Shown here: positions 1 through 7,417 of the stretch, one piece after another
How positions within the stretch are numbered: the first letter of the stretch is position 1
Layout of the letters: every line of letters starts with the position of its first letter
From: an uncultured Acidobacteriota bacterium
GTDB lineage: Bacteria > Acidobacteriota > UBA6911 > CAINFC01
Assembly: GCA_903847975.1 (NCBI GenBank)
Contig: CAINFC010000310.1
Span: 1 to 27,512, forward strand
Reading direction: 5' to 3'
DNA: 27,512 nt
Notes under the pieces: model-generated
The model's database searches: none
The model's input: only the letters and a program-made list of their open reading frames with translations
What the model was told of the DNA's origin: nothing
Program-made: the position numbers and the translations under genes

Positions 1-120
1 CGTCAGTGCCATACGGGGCGAGATAGCCGAGATTGTAGCGTTGTGCTCCGCCATGGCCTTGGGATGCCCCGCGTAAACCGGCACAGGACTGTTTTCCCGA
101 GGCATAGTCCCGTAAGGGAC
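1..120 (-). repeat. Interspersed repeat module A, inverted copy. The reverse complement aligns at about 85% identity to 5274-5380 and 26391-26511 and begins with the gtccc-ttac-gggac hairpin.
   Basis: Direct alignment of the reverse complement of 1-120 with the other two copies. Conserved blocks are gtcccttacgggac, cctgtgccggttt, ccaaggccatggcggagcacaacgctac and atctcggctatctcgcccc. Confidence 0.7.
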
Positions 121-193
121 GGCAGATTGTGGCCCGGCACGTGAGTGCCGGGTTGGGGCAGGAGCAACCCAAGTCCCATCGGGACGGCAGAAC
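121..193 (+). repeat. Interspersed repeat module B. GGCAGATTGTGG, then three short hairpins (cccggcac-GTGA-gtgccggg; ttggg..cccaa; gtccc-atc-gggac), then GGCAGAAC. About 80% identical to 26529-26601.
   Basis: Direct alignment to 26529-26601. The hairpin stems are visible in the sequence and the first stem is conserved while its loop differs between copies. Confidence 0.65.
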
Positions 194-372
194 AAAATGA
201 AATTTCGACTTTTTGCCGGGCCATCCTTGCCGATGGCTTCGCAAAAAGTCCGGAAACACCCGAAAACAAACTTACAAACGAAAGTTTTCGCCCCACCCCT
301 CGAGGAGAAGCCGGCTGCATCCCCTTCGGGAAGGCAGCCTTTTTACCGCGTGATTTTCCCGGCATCGCAGGT

Positions 373-3174
373 TCAGGGGCCCTTCCGGATCAGGGGGAGA
401 AGCACGTCGTGGCTTCGCGTTTGAAAGCAGTTTTCCATACCCAGAGTTGTTCCGGCGGCATTGCCGGCCTCCACCAGGTAGCAGAAAGTTGTCTTCGCCG
501 GCAGACCGCTTAAGGTTGCGGACACCGGCGTGTCCGCCGAGGAACTCAAGGTGGCCGGAGTGGCGGCCACCGTAGTCGGGTAGGGTCCTCCGGAGACCGT
601 TCCGTACCGGAACAGAATCGTTGTGGCCATGTTGCGCGCATTCACGGTTCCATGAAGAACGGCTCCCGTGGCGGTGAGATCGGTCGGAGAATGGGTAACG
701 GCATAAGGAGCCTGTGGATTGGTGGTAAAGGTCATATCCAGGCCGAGCGTGGTTCCGGCGGGATTGGTGGCAATGACGCGGTAATGGTAGACGGAATTGA
801 AAGCCAGGCCGGTTATGGCCTTGCTGACCGCGACGGCGCCGTAACCGCTCACCGAATCCGGTACGGCCGGGACGATTGTGCCGTAAGAAGCGGTCAGGCC
901 ATACTCGAAGGAAACCGAGGTGGTCTGGTTGTTGGCATTGACCGTGCCGTTCAGAGTCGCCCCGGTCACGGTGATGCTGCCGGCAGACAGCGTGGCTACC
1001 GTCGGCGCGGAGGCCGAAGTCGTGAAAGCCTGATCCAGCCCCCAGGCGGTACCGGCATAGTTCCCGCCCACCACCCGATAGTGATACGTGGCGAATGGCT
1101 GCAGCCCGCTGAGATTGGCACTGACGGAGGTATCCGCGCCTCCGGCGATCGGACTGGGGGAGGCGGAGACCACGGTGCCGTAGCCCGTGTTCCGCCCGTA
1201 CTCGAAAGTCACCGCAGTGCTGGCATTTTGGGCATTCACGGTTCCACGCAGGGTGGCGGAGGCGGTTCCAACCGCCGTGGGGGCATCCGTGACCACGCTG
1301 GGAGCAACGGCCAGGGTGGAAAAAAGCATGTCGCTTCCGTAGCTGCGGGAGCCTGTCCCGTCCTTATTTTGACCGACCGCCCGGAAGTGATAGACGGTAT
1401 TGGGCAGCAGCCCGGTGATGGCGCGGCTCACGGGAACCGCAGCCGTTCCGGTAAGATCGCCCTGGTCGGCTTCTGCGGTGCTTCCGTAGCTGGTGGTGGT
1501 ACCGTATTCAAAGGAGGCCGTCGCCGTGCGGCTTCCGGGAATAACCGTGCCATTGAGAGTGGCCCCGCTGCCGGTTGCGGAGGTGGCTTCCTCGGTGCTG
1601 ACCTGGGGCCCGGTGACCAGGGTGGCATCCTCCCCGCTGGCTGCGCCGGCTCCGTTTTGCGCCACGACGCGGTAATGGTATGTGGTTCCCGGCACCAGAT
1701 CGGTTACCGGACAGCTTACCGCCGTGGCCGTACTTCCCCGCACCGGATTTTGGCTTGCCGCGGCCGACCGGCCGTATGCCGTCGAAGGTCCATATTCGCA
1801 GGCAGCCAGGGTGGTGTTGTTGTTGGCATTGACCGTGCCGTTCAGTGTGGCGAAGGTTCCGCCGACGCCGGAAGCGGCCGTCGTGATTGCGGTCGGCGGC
1901 GTGGTGGTGGTTAGAAAGATTTCATCGCTCCCGTAGGAGATTCCCTCCGCGTTCTGGGCAACGACCCGGAAATGGTACGTGGTATTCTCCGTCAGCCCCC
2001 CGATGGATTGGCTGACCGCCACCGGGGAAGCCCCGGAAACGGAACCCGGCACGGCGGCAACCGTCGTCCCGTAAGAAGCAGTCAGGCCATACTCGAAGGT
2101 TACGGTTGTGGCCTGTTGATTGGCATTCACCATTCCGTTCAGAACCGCTCCGGTGGAGGTTATGCCGGTTACCAGGCCGGTGACCGCCTGCGGAAGGGCG
2201 CCGGCAGTCGTAAAAGTCAAATCGGAGCCATAGGAGGTTCCGGACGCATTCTGGCCCGCGGCGCGGAAGTGGTAGGTGGTTTTCGGCATCAGGTCGGCCA
2301 CCAGAGCGGTGAGGGCCGTGTTGCTGCTCCCGGTCACCGGACTTTGATCCGCCGGCACCGAACGTCCGTACTCGGCCGTGACGCCGTATTCAAAATAAAC
2401 GGTGCTTTCGGCACCGTTGGCGTTGGCCAATCCCTGCAGCGTAGCCTGCGTGGCGCCGATGCCGGCGGCAGGGGAGGAGAAGATGGTGGGCGGATAACCG
2501 GCGACAAAAGTCATGTCTGCGCCGTAGACCGTACCGCCGCTGTTCTGAGCGGCCACGCGGTAATGATACGTGGAACCGGGGATCAGGGCCCCCAGGGACC
2601 GGCTCACCGCCGTATCCGACCACCCGCTGACCGGGCTCTGGGCTGCGGCAACCGAACTGCCGTAGGTGTCGGCCGTTCCATATTCAAAGAAAACCGTCGT
2701 GCTTGCGCCCCGGGCGTTGACCGTTCCATTCAGCGTGGCCGCACCCGGTCCCACTCCGGAAGCAGGCCCGGTCGTGGCCAGCGGAGTAGGCATCAGGGTC
2801 GTCAGGCTGCGGTCGGAGCCGTAGGTAGTCCCGGAGGCGTTGACGGCAACCACGCGAAAATGATAGGTCGTGCCCGGCAGCAGTTCCTGGATCAGCACAT
2901 AGACCGCCTGCGGGGTGCTCCCGCTCACCGGACTTCCCTGGGCCGCGACCGATGCCCCGTAGGAAACGGTCGGACCGAATTCAAAGGTGACCGTGGTGTC
3001 CTGGCCGTTGGGCTGGATGGTCCCGTTCAGAACGGCTTCGTTCATACCGACGCCCGTAGCCGCATCGGTCACCGCACCCGGCGGGGTCTGGGCCCGCAGC
3101 GCCGCCGGGAACCATCCGGCCAGAAGCAAGGGAATCACGACAAACAAGAACCGCATTCGGTGAATTGAATTCAT
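373..3174 (-). CDS. Secreted cell-surface protein with 9 tandem fibronectin type III-like domains of about 95 aa each
   Basis: An N-terminal signal peptide (MRFLFVVIPLLLAGWFPAALRAQ) is followed by nine repeats, each with ATLNGTVNAN..TTVxFEYG.T..YG...V.A..SPVSG and ending in the Fn3-like motif TTYH[YF]RVVA.N..GT.YG.D..FTT. The ORF-track start at 3192 is a TTG; I prefer the ATG at 3174, which is preceded by GGGGAG. The product name rests on the motif only. Confidence 0.7.
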   Translation of the reverse strand: MNSIHRMRFLFVVIPLLLAGWFPAALRAQTPPGAVTDAATGVGMNEAVLNGTIQPNGQDTTVTFEFGPTVSYGASVAAQGSPVSGSTPQAVYVLIQELLPGTTYHFRVVAVNASGTTYGSDRSLTTLMPTPLATTGPASGVGPGAATLNGTVNARGASTTVFFEYGTADTYGSSVAAAQSPVSGWSDTAVSRSLGALIPGSTYHYRVAAQNSGGTVYGADMTFVAGYPPTIFSSPAAGIGATQATLQGLANANGAESTVYFEYGVTAEYGRSVPADQSPVTGSSNTALTALVADLMPKTTYHFRAAGQNASGTSYGSDLTFTTAGALPQAVTGLVTGITSTGAVLNGMVNANQQATTVTFEYGLTASYGTTVAAVPGSVSGASPVAVSQSIGGLTENTTYHFRVVAQNAEGISYGSDEIFLTTTTPPTAITTAASGVGGTFATLNGTVNANNNTTLAACEYGPSTAYGRSAAASQNPVRGSTATAVSCPVTDLVPGTTYHYRVVAQNGAGAASGEDATLVTGPQVSTEEATSATGSGATLNGTVIPGSRTATASFEYGTTTSYGSTAEADQGDLTGTAAVPVSRAITGLLPNTVYHFRAVGQNKDGTGSRSYGSDMLFSTLAVAPSVVTDAPTAVGTASATLRGTVNAQNASTAVTFEYGRNTGYGTVVSASPSPIAGGADTSVSANLSGLQPFATYHYRVVGGNYAGTAWGLDQAFTTSASAPTVATLSAGSITVTGATLNGTVNANNQTTSVSFEYGLTASYGTIVPAVPDSVSGYGAVAVSKAITGLAFNSVYHYRVIATNPAGTTLGLDMTFTTNPQAPYAVTHSPTDLTATGAVLHGTVNARNMATTILFRYGTVSGGPYPTTVAATPATLSSSADTPVSATLSGLPAKTTFCYLVEAGNAAGTTLGMENCFQTRSHDVLLPLIRKGP

Positions 3175-3275
3175 AGTGCTCCCCATTTCCAAAGGGCTTC
3201 GCTTAAGATTTCCATGGAAACAATCCAGGAATCATTCCGGGAGGCGAACCGCCCGATCCTGACGGCAGACCCGCC

Positions 3276-3289
3276 CGGAGCCGGCTCCG
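3276..3289. other. Perfect 14-bp palindrome CGGAGCCGGCTCCG immediately abutting the stop codon of the upstream (minus-strand) gene
   Basis: The sequence equals its own reverse complement. It lies in the 97-bp spacer between the two surface-protein genes. No U-tract follows, so it is not a canonical intrinsic terminator. Confidence 0.4.
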
Positions 3290-4840
3290 TCACCTGTTTT
3301 CTTCCAGGGCCGCAATCTTCCGCTGCAGTTCGACAAGCAGGGCCTGCTGCTCCTGAACGACCTTGGTGAGCACCGCAACCACATCCATGGGGCTCATGGT
3401 TTTCCTGTCCTTCGAGGAGACCAGGTCCGGGGCGTCCTCGGCGATGAAGCCCACGTGCCGCTCCTCCCGGTCCGCCTTGTAATTGTACTTGACCGCATTC
3501 AGCCGGTGGAGGGCGTCCATGGCCTCTGCGGAAGTCAGCACCTCAATATTTTCTTTCCAGGCTCTGCTGGAAGCATTAGTCCAGACTCCTCCGGCCGTGA
3601 GGCCGGCGCCGGTGGGGGAGACGATGCTGTTGTCGGCATTCATCTGCAGCTTCATGGCGGAATTCACGACCAGCCTCACCGGATGGTTGGTAGCCGTTCC
3701 GAACTGCCCGTAGAGGTCCGTGGCGCTGATCCAGCTGCGGGCTCCGTCGGTGCGGGTAAAAACGGCGCTGGCATTTTTCCCCGTGGTGGAAAGTTCGAAA
3801 GGATATTCCGGCGACCAGGTGCCGATTCCCACCCGGCCGTCCGATCGAAGCGCCAGCGTGTTCGAGGGTGTGCCCGGCTGGATGCGCAAGGGCAGCTTGC
3901 TGCCCCCCGTGACGTCACGGATGAAGAAATTGGCCTCGTTGCCGGCCAGGTCCCAGATCTGCGGGGTAAAGCCGCCTGTGGCATCCTGGTCCAGCCGGAT
4001 GGCCGGAGTATTGCCGCTGGTCATGTGAACGTCGAGAGCGGGCACGGCCGTTTTCAGGCCCAGGCGGCCCAGGCTGCTCACGAAGACCGAATTACTGGGC
4101 GCACCGGCCATAACCGTCACGGGTACTTTTGCGCCGGTTATGTCTTCGATGGAGAATTTGCTGGCCCCCCCGGAGACGCTGTCATTGGCGGTCAGCTGCC
4201 AGTCGTTGGCGGGAAAACCCGTAGTGGCGCTGGTGTCGTCAAACTTGAGGCGCAGGTTGTTTTCCTTCAGCCGGACCGTATCGAAACCGAAACTCTCTCC
4301 GTTGACGCAGTCAAAGCCCACACAGAGGCTGCCGGTCACAATCGTATCGTCGGCAATGACCTGGTCTTCGGGCCGGAAGGCTTCCACCCGGCGGCCGGAG
4401 GTGATCTCCTGCTGGAGCGGATTGACGATGCGGTTTTCCATTACCTGGAACGTCCCGGATTGCGTCCTCTCCGGCAGGTAGCGCTCCCTGGCTCTTTCTC
4501 CCTCTTCCTTCCCCTCGGACCGGGACAGCAAGGAGGAAAGCGGCGTGGCCCGCAACTCGTAAACGAAAGATCCCTGCGGCCGGTTTTCGCCCAGAATCTC
4601 GGCCAGACCGACCGAGGGGAGGGTTCCGGAAAGAAACGTTTTGTGCAGTTCGGTTCCGTCCGGTCGGGCGACTGTCAGCTCCAGCTCCGCATAGGCCGCT
4701 TTGGGGATCCAGCCGATGGCGTCGGGAGCGATTTTCTCTTCGGCCACCGGTCTCCGGTCTGAGGATAAAACGGGAAGGCAAAGCGCGCCGAGGACGGCGG
4801 GCACCGCCAGAAAACGGATCATTTTGAATGAGGAATACAT
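3290..4840 (-). CDS. Secreted tail-fibre-like protein with a C-terminal peptidase S74 (endosialidase-type intramolecular chaperone, auto-cleaving) domain
   Basis: The C-terminus (SSRAWKENIEVL...AVKYNYKAD...GFIAEDAPDLV...SPMDVVAVLTKVVQEQQALLVELQRKIAALE) matches the S74 chaperone-domain pattern (SDRRLKENI...YNYK...GFIAQEV...coiled-coil). The N-terminus is a Sec signal (MYSSFKMIRFLAVPAVLGALCLPVLS). The start at 4840 is an ATG with an AGGAGGG RBS 5 nt upstream; the ORF-track start at 4876 is an unnecessary extension. Confidence 0.7.
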   Translation of the reverse strand: MYSSFKMIRFLAVPAVLGALCLPVLSSDRRPVAEEKIAPDAIGWIPKAAYAELELTVARPDGTELHKTFLSGTLPSVGLAEILGENRPQGSFVYELRATPLSSLLSRSEGKEEGERARERYLPERTQSGTFQVMENRIVNPLQQEITSGRRVEAFRPEDQVIADDTIVTGSLCVGFDCVNGESFGFDTVRLKENNLRLKFDDTSATTGFPANDWQLTANDSVSGGASKFSIEDITGAKVPVTVMAGAPSNSVFVSSLGRLGLKTAVPALDVHMTSGNTPAIRLDQDATGGFTPQIWDLAGNEANFFIRDVTGGSKLPLRIQPGTPSNTLALRSDGRVGIGTWSPEYPFELSTTGKNASAVFTRTDGARSWISATDLYGQFGTATNHPVRLVVNSAMKLQMNADNSIVSPTGAGLTAGGVWTNASSRAWKENIEVLTSAEAMDALHRLNAVKYNYKADREERHVGFIAEDAPDLVSSKDRKTMSPMDVVAVLTKVVQEQQALLVELQRKIAALEENR

Positions 4841-4977
4841 GATAACCCTCCTGGAAAAAAGTGTGGCACCTCCCAACGGTTAGATGATAACTTGCCCTCA
4901 GGAATATTCCAAAAGGCTGCGCAGGTTTTTCCGCACCGGTCCTCCCTGATGGCTGCGTAAAAAGAAAAACAGGAAGT

Positions 4978-5075
4978 CAGAATCCAGAATCCAGAATGCA
5001 GTAACCAGAATATAAAAGACATATTTTCAACAGGTTACCCCTATTCTGAATTCTATCTTCCGGATTCTGAATTCC
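4978..5075. repeat. AT-rich island with five tandem CAGAATN heptamers (4978-5012) and an inverted partner ATTCTGAATTC..GGATTCTGAATTCC (5041-5075), flanking about 28 bp of AT-rich core
   Basis: Read directly: cagaatc cagaatc cagaatg cagtaac cagaata ... attctgaattctatcttccggattctgaattcc. It lies in the divergent intergenic region between the minus-strand surface-protein operon and the plus-strand GH127 gene. Confidence 0.6.
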
Positions 5076-5273
5076 AAAAGGGACTTTTTGCGAAATTATC
5101 TTCCCTGATGAAGGTGCCAAAAGTAGCAGGAACCCCAAAGGGGTTCCCCAACGGAAATCCACAGGTGTGGGACTTGTTGCCGGGTTGTCTTCCCTGATGG
5201 CTTTGCAAAAAATCGTTTTTTCGCTCGCGCCTGGAGCCAACCCGGCAATGAATTGCCGGGCCATAATCTCGTT

Positions 5274-5380
5274 GTCCCTTACGGGACTTATGCCCCGGAA
5301 TAACAGTCGTGTGCCGGTAAACGCAGGACCTTCCAGGGCCGTAACGGAGCACAACGGCACGATATCCGCTATTTCGCCCC
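5274..5380 (+). repeat. Interspersed repeat module A (copy 2), upstream of the GH127 gene
   Basis: Aligns to the reverse complement of 1-120 and to 26391-26511 (gtcccttacgggac...gtgtgccggtaaacgc...ggagcacaacggcacgatatccgctatttcgcccc). Confidence 0.7.
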
Positions 5381-5389
5381 TGGTGACAC

Positions 5390-5426
5390 GTGAGCTTCCG
5401 GCTACGCTGGCTCACCGGAAGCTCAC
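5390..5426 (+). promoter_or_regulatory. Perfect 12-bp stem hairpin (GTGAGCTTCCGG - 13 nt loop - CCGGAAGCTCAC) in the 5' leader, 65 nt upstream of the GH127 start codon. Candidate cis-regulatory RNA structure.
   Basis: The two arms are exact reverse complements. The hairpin lies directly after repeat module A and before two Shine-Dalgarno-like AAGGAGG motifs. Confidence 0.45.
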
Positions 5427-5490
5427 AGCCCATGGTATAAAGGAGGGGATCGGGAATATCATTGCGTCGACCCAAGGAGGGAGGAAAACG

Positions 5491-7302
5491 ATGAGAGTTC
5501 TGCCCGCAGTAATGATTTTGTTATGGTTCGCCGCGCTCGAGGCAGCGCCCGCCGACCGGATGACCCCCCTGGATTTGCGCGAGGTGACGGTCGGAGGGGA
5601 AATCGGGCGGCGTGTCACCATCACCATCGCCAACAACCTGCTGCAGCTGAATGTCGATGGCGACTTCCTGCCGGCCTTCCGGGAGGGATCACGGAACGGA
5701 CAGTTCATCGGCCTCGGCATGCTGCTGGATTCCACCGTCAAGTTTGCCGCCCATTCGGGACATCCCCGGGTGATGGAGCTGAAGCGGCACCTGGTCACCG
5801 AAATTCTCAAAGCCCAGGAGGCGGAGGGTTACATTGGTACCTTCCCGCCGCCCGGGAGACTGAAGTCGCTCTGGGACGTGCACGAGATGGGCTACATCAT
5901 TTTTGGTCTGCTGCAGGATCATGAATATTTCGGCAACCGGCCCGCCCTGGAAGCAGCGCGAAAAGCAGCCGGATACCTGATCCGGAACTGGGCGATGCTG
6001 CCCCCGGACTGGGGACACGGCGCCGAGGTGGCGCCGCACGTGGCCTTCACCGGCCTGGAGCGGACCATGCTGGCCCTGCACCGGGCCACAGGAGACTCCT
6101 CCTACCTGGACTTTTGCATCCGGATGCGCGCGCTGCCGGAGTGGGATCCCGACATTGTGGTCGGACGTCGGCCCGGCATCGATGGCCATGTGTATGCCTA
6201 CCTGGCGCGCTGCCTGGCGCAGCTGGAACTTCACCCTCTGCAGCCCTCCGCCCGCCTGCTCCGGCCGACACAGAGAGCCCTCGACTTCATGACCGGGCGG
6301 GACGGCATGCTCATCACCGGCAGCTGCGGCCAGTGCGAAATCTGGACCGCCGACCAGGACGGCCGCGGAGACGTGGGGGAAAGCTGCGCGCTGGCCTACC
6401 AGCTGCGCATATATGACCGCCTGCTGCGCATGAATGCCGAAGCGCGGATGGGCGACCTGATGGAGCGGGTCATCTTCAACGCGCTGTTTGCCTCGCAATC
6501 GCCCGATGGGCGGCGGCTGCGCTATTTCGCACCGCTGGAAGGAAACCGCGTCTACTGGAATACCGACACCTACTGCTGCCCCTGCAATTTCCGGCGCATC
6601 ATCGCCGAGCTGCCCGCCATGGTGTTCTACCGGTCGGCCGAAGGCCTGGCGGTGAACCTGTACGCGCCATCGGAAGGGAAATTCATCCTGGGGAACCAGG
6701 TCCGCACCGTTCTCCGGCAGGAGACGGATTACCCGAACTCGGGACGCGTCCGCATCCATGTCGGACCGGACAAGCCCTCCACCTTCCCCCTGCTGCTGCG
6801 CATTCCGGCATGGGCCGGAGGGGCCACCGCATCGGTCAACGGCCAGGCCGTCCCCGCCCCGCCTTTACCGGGAACCTTTCTTGAATTGCGCCGCGAATGG
6901 AAGCCGGGCGACCGGATCGAACTGGATCTGCCGATGCCCTGGCGCCTGGTCCAGGGGCGGCAGCGCCAGGCCGGCCGGGTGGCGGTCATGCGCGGCCCGC
7001 AGGTCTTCTGCCTGAATCCTTCGCCGAATCAGGATTTGGCCAGGCTGGACGGTGCCGAACTGGGATATCTGGCCCTGAACCCGGCCTCCTTCACCGATCC
7101 GGCGGCCAGCGACGCGGTGCGCCCGGGCGGTATAGCCTGCCGTGTGCAGGCCTGGAAGCCAGGCTTCGGCCTGGGCAGCAAGGCGGACTATGAACTCACG
7201 CTGACGGAATTTCCCGACCCTTTGGGCAAGGCGGTCTATTTTCGCCTGCGGGACTACCGCGTCGCCCGGGAGGATGAACTGTTCCGGCGGGCAGGCCCCT
7301 GA
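5491..7302 (+). CDS. Glycoside hydrolase family 127 (DUF1680, beta-L-arabinofuranosidase HypBA1-like), secreted
   Basis: There is a signal peptide (MRVLPAVMILLWFAALEAAPA). Cys-rich motifs (GSCGQCEIW and YCCPCNF) resemble the Zn-coordinating Cys cluster of GH127 enzymes, and the length is about 600 aa. The ATG at 5491 is preceded by AAGGAGGGAGG; the ORF-track start at 5167 (GTG) runs through the repeat region and is rejected. Confidence 0.7.
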   Translation: MRVLPAVMILLWFAALEAAPADRMTPLDLREVTVGGEIGRRVTITIANNLLQLNVDGDFLPAFREGSRNGQFIGLGMLLDSTVKFAAHSGHPRVMELKRHLVTEILKAQEAEGYIGTFPPPGRLKSLWDVHEMGYIIFGLLQDHEYFGNRPALEAARKAAGYLIRNWAMLPPDWGHGAEVAPHVAFTGLERTMLALHRATGDSSYLDFCIRMRALPEWDPDIVVGRRPGIDGHVYAYLARCLAQLELHPLQPSARLLRPTQRALDFMTGRDGMLITGSCGQCEIWTADQDGRGDVGESCALAYQLRIYDRLLRMNAEARMGDLMERVIFNALFASQSPDGRRLRYFAPLEGNRVYWNTDTYCCPCNFRRIIAELPAMVFYRSAEGLAVNLYAPSEGKFILGNQVRTVLRQETDYPNSGRVRIHVGPDKPSTFPLLLRIPAWAGGATASVNGQAVPAPPLPGTFLELRREWKPGDRIELDLPMPWRLVQGRQRQAGRVAVMRGPQVFCLNPSPNQDLARLDGAELGYLALNPASFTDPAASDAVRPGGIACRVQAWKPGFGLGSKADYELTLTEFPDPLGKAVYFRLRDYRVAREDELFRRAGP

Positions 7303-7417
7303 AAATGTTGCCGCCGACAACTATACATTATTGCATCCGGCAGGTAAGATTATGGGTACGCAAACAAAGAACCCGTGACTGATTCGAAACAGGTCTCTCG
7401 ACCGGGGAGGTAGAGAA

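Noticed and set aside
652-3168. Long plus-strand ORFs (652-1914, 1972-3168) opposite the Fn3 gene
   Set aside because: Gly/Arg/Pro/Ala-rich low-complexity translations with no motifs. They are shadow ORFs of a high-GC gene encoded on the other strand, which has a clear repeat and domain structure.
3455-4762. 435-aa plus-strand ORF opposite the S74-domain gene
   Set aside because: Same high-GC shadow-ORF signature. The minus-strand frame carries a recognisable signal peptide and S74 domain.
3290-4840. Prophage, suggested by the phage-like S74 tail-spike chaperone domain
   Set aside because: No capsid, terminase, integrase or other phage genes appear anywhere in 27 kb. S74-domain proteins are common stand-alone chromosomal genes in several phyla.
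4978-5012. Possible CRISPR array, because of short tandem repeats
   Set aside because: The repeats are 7-bp units with no spacers and there are no cas genes. This is not CRISPR architecture.
4819-5475. Small minus-strand ORFs (4819-5022, 4977-5360, 5053-5475) in the divergent intergenic region
   Set aside because: They are translations of the heptamer/AT-rich repeats and the A-module (for example MSFIFWLLHSGFWIL comes from the CAGAAT repeats). They lack RBSs and overlap each other. The recurring FAKSP peptide in several track ORFs is just the recurring DNA motif read in one frame.
5689-6759. 356-aa minus-strand ORF inside the GH127 gene
   Set aside because: Antisense shadow ORF. The plus-strand frame has the GH127 Cys motifs and an RBS-supported start.
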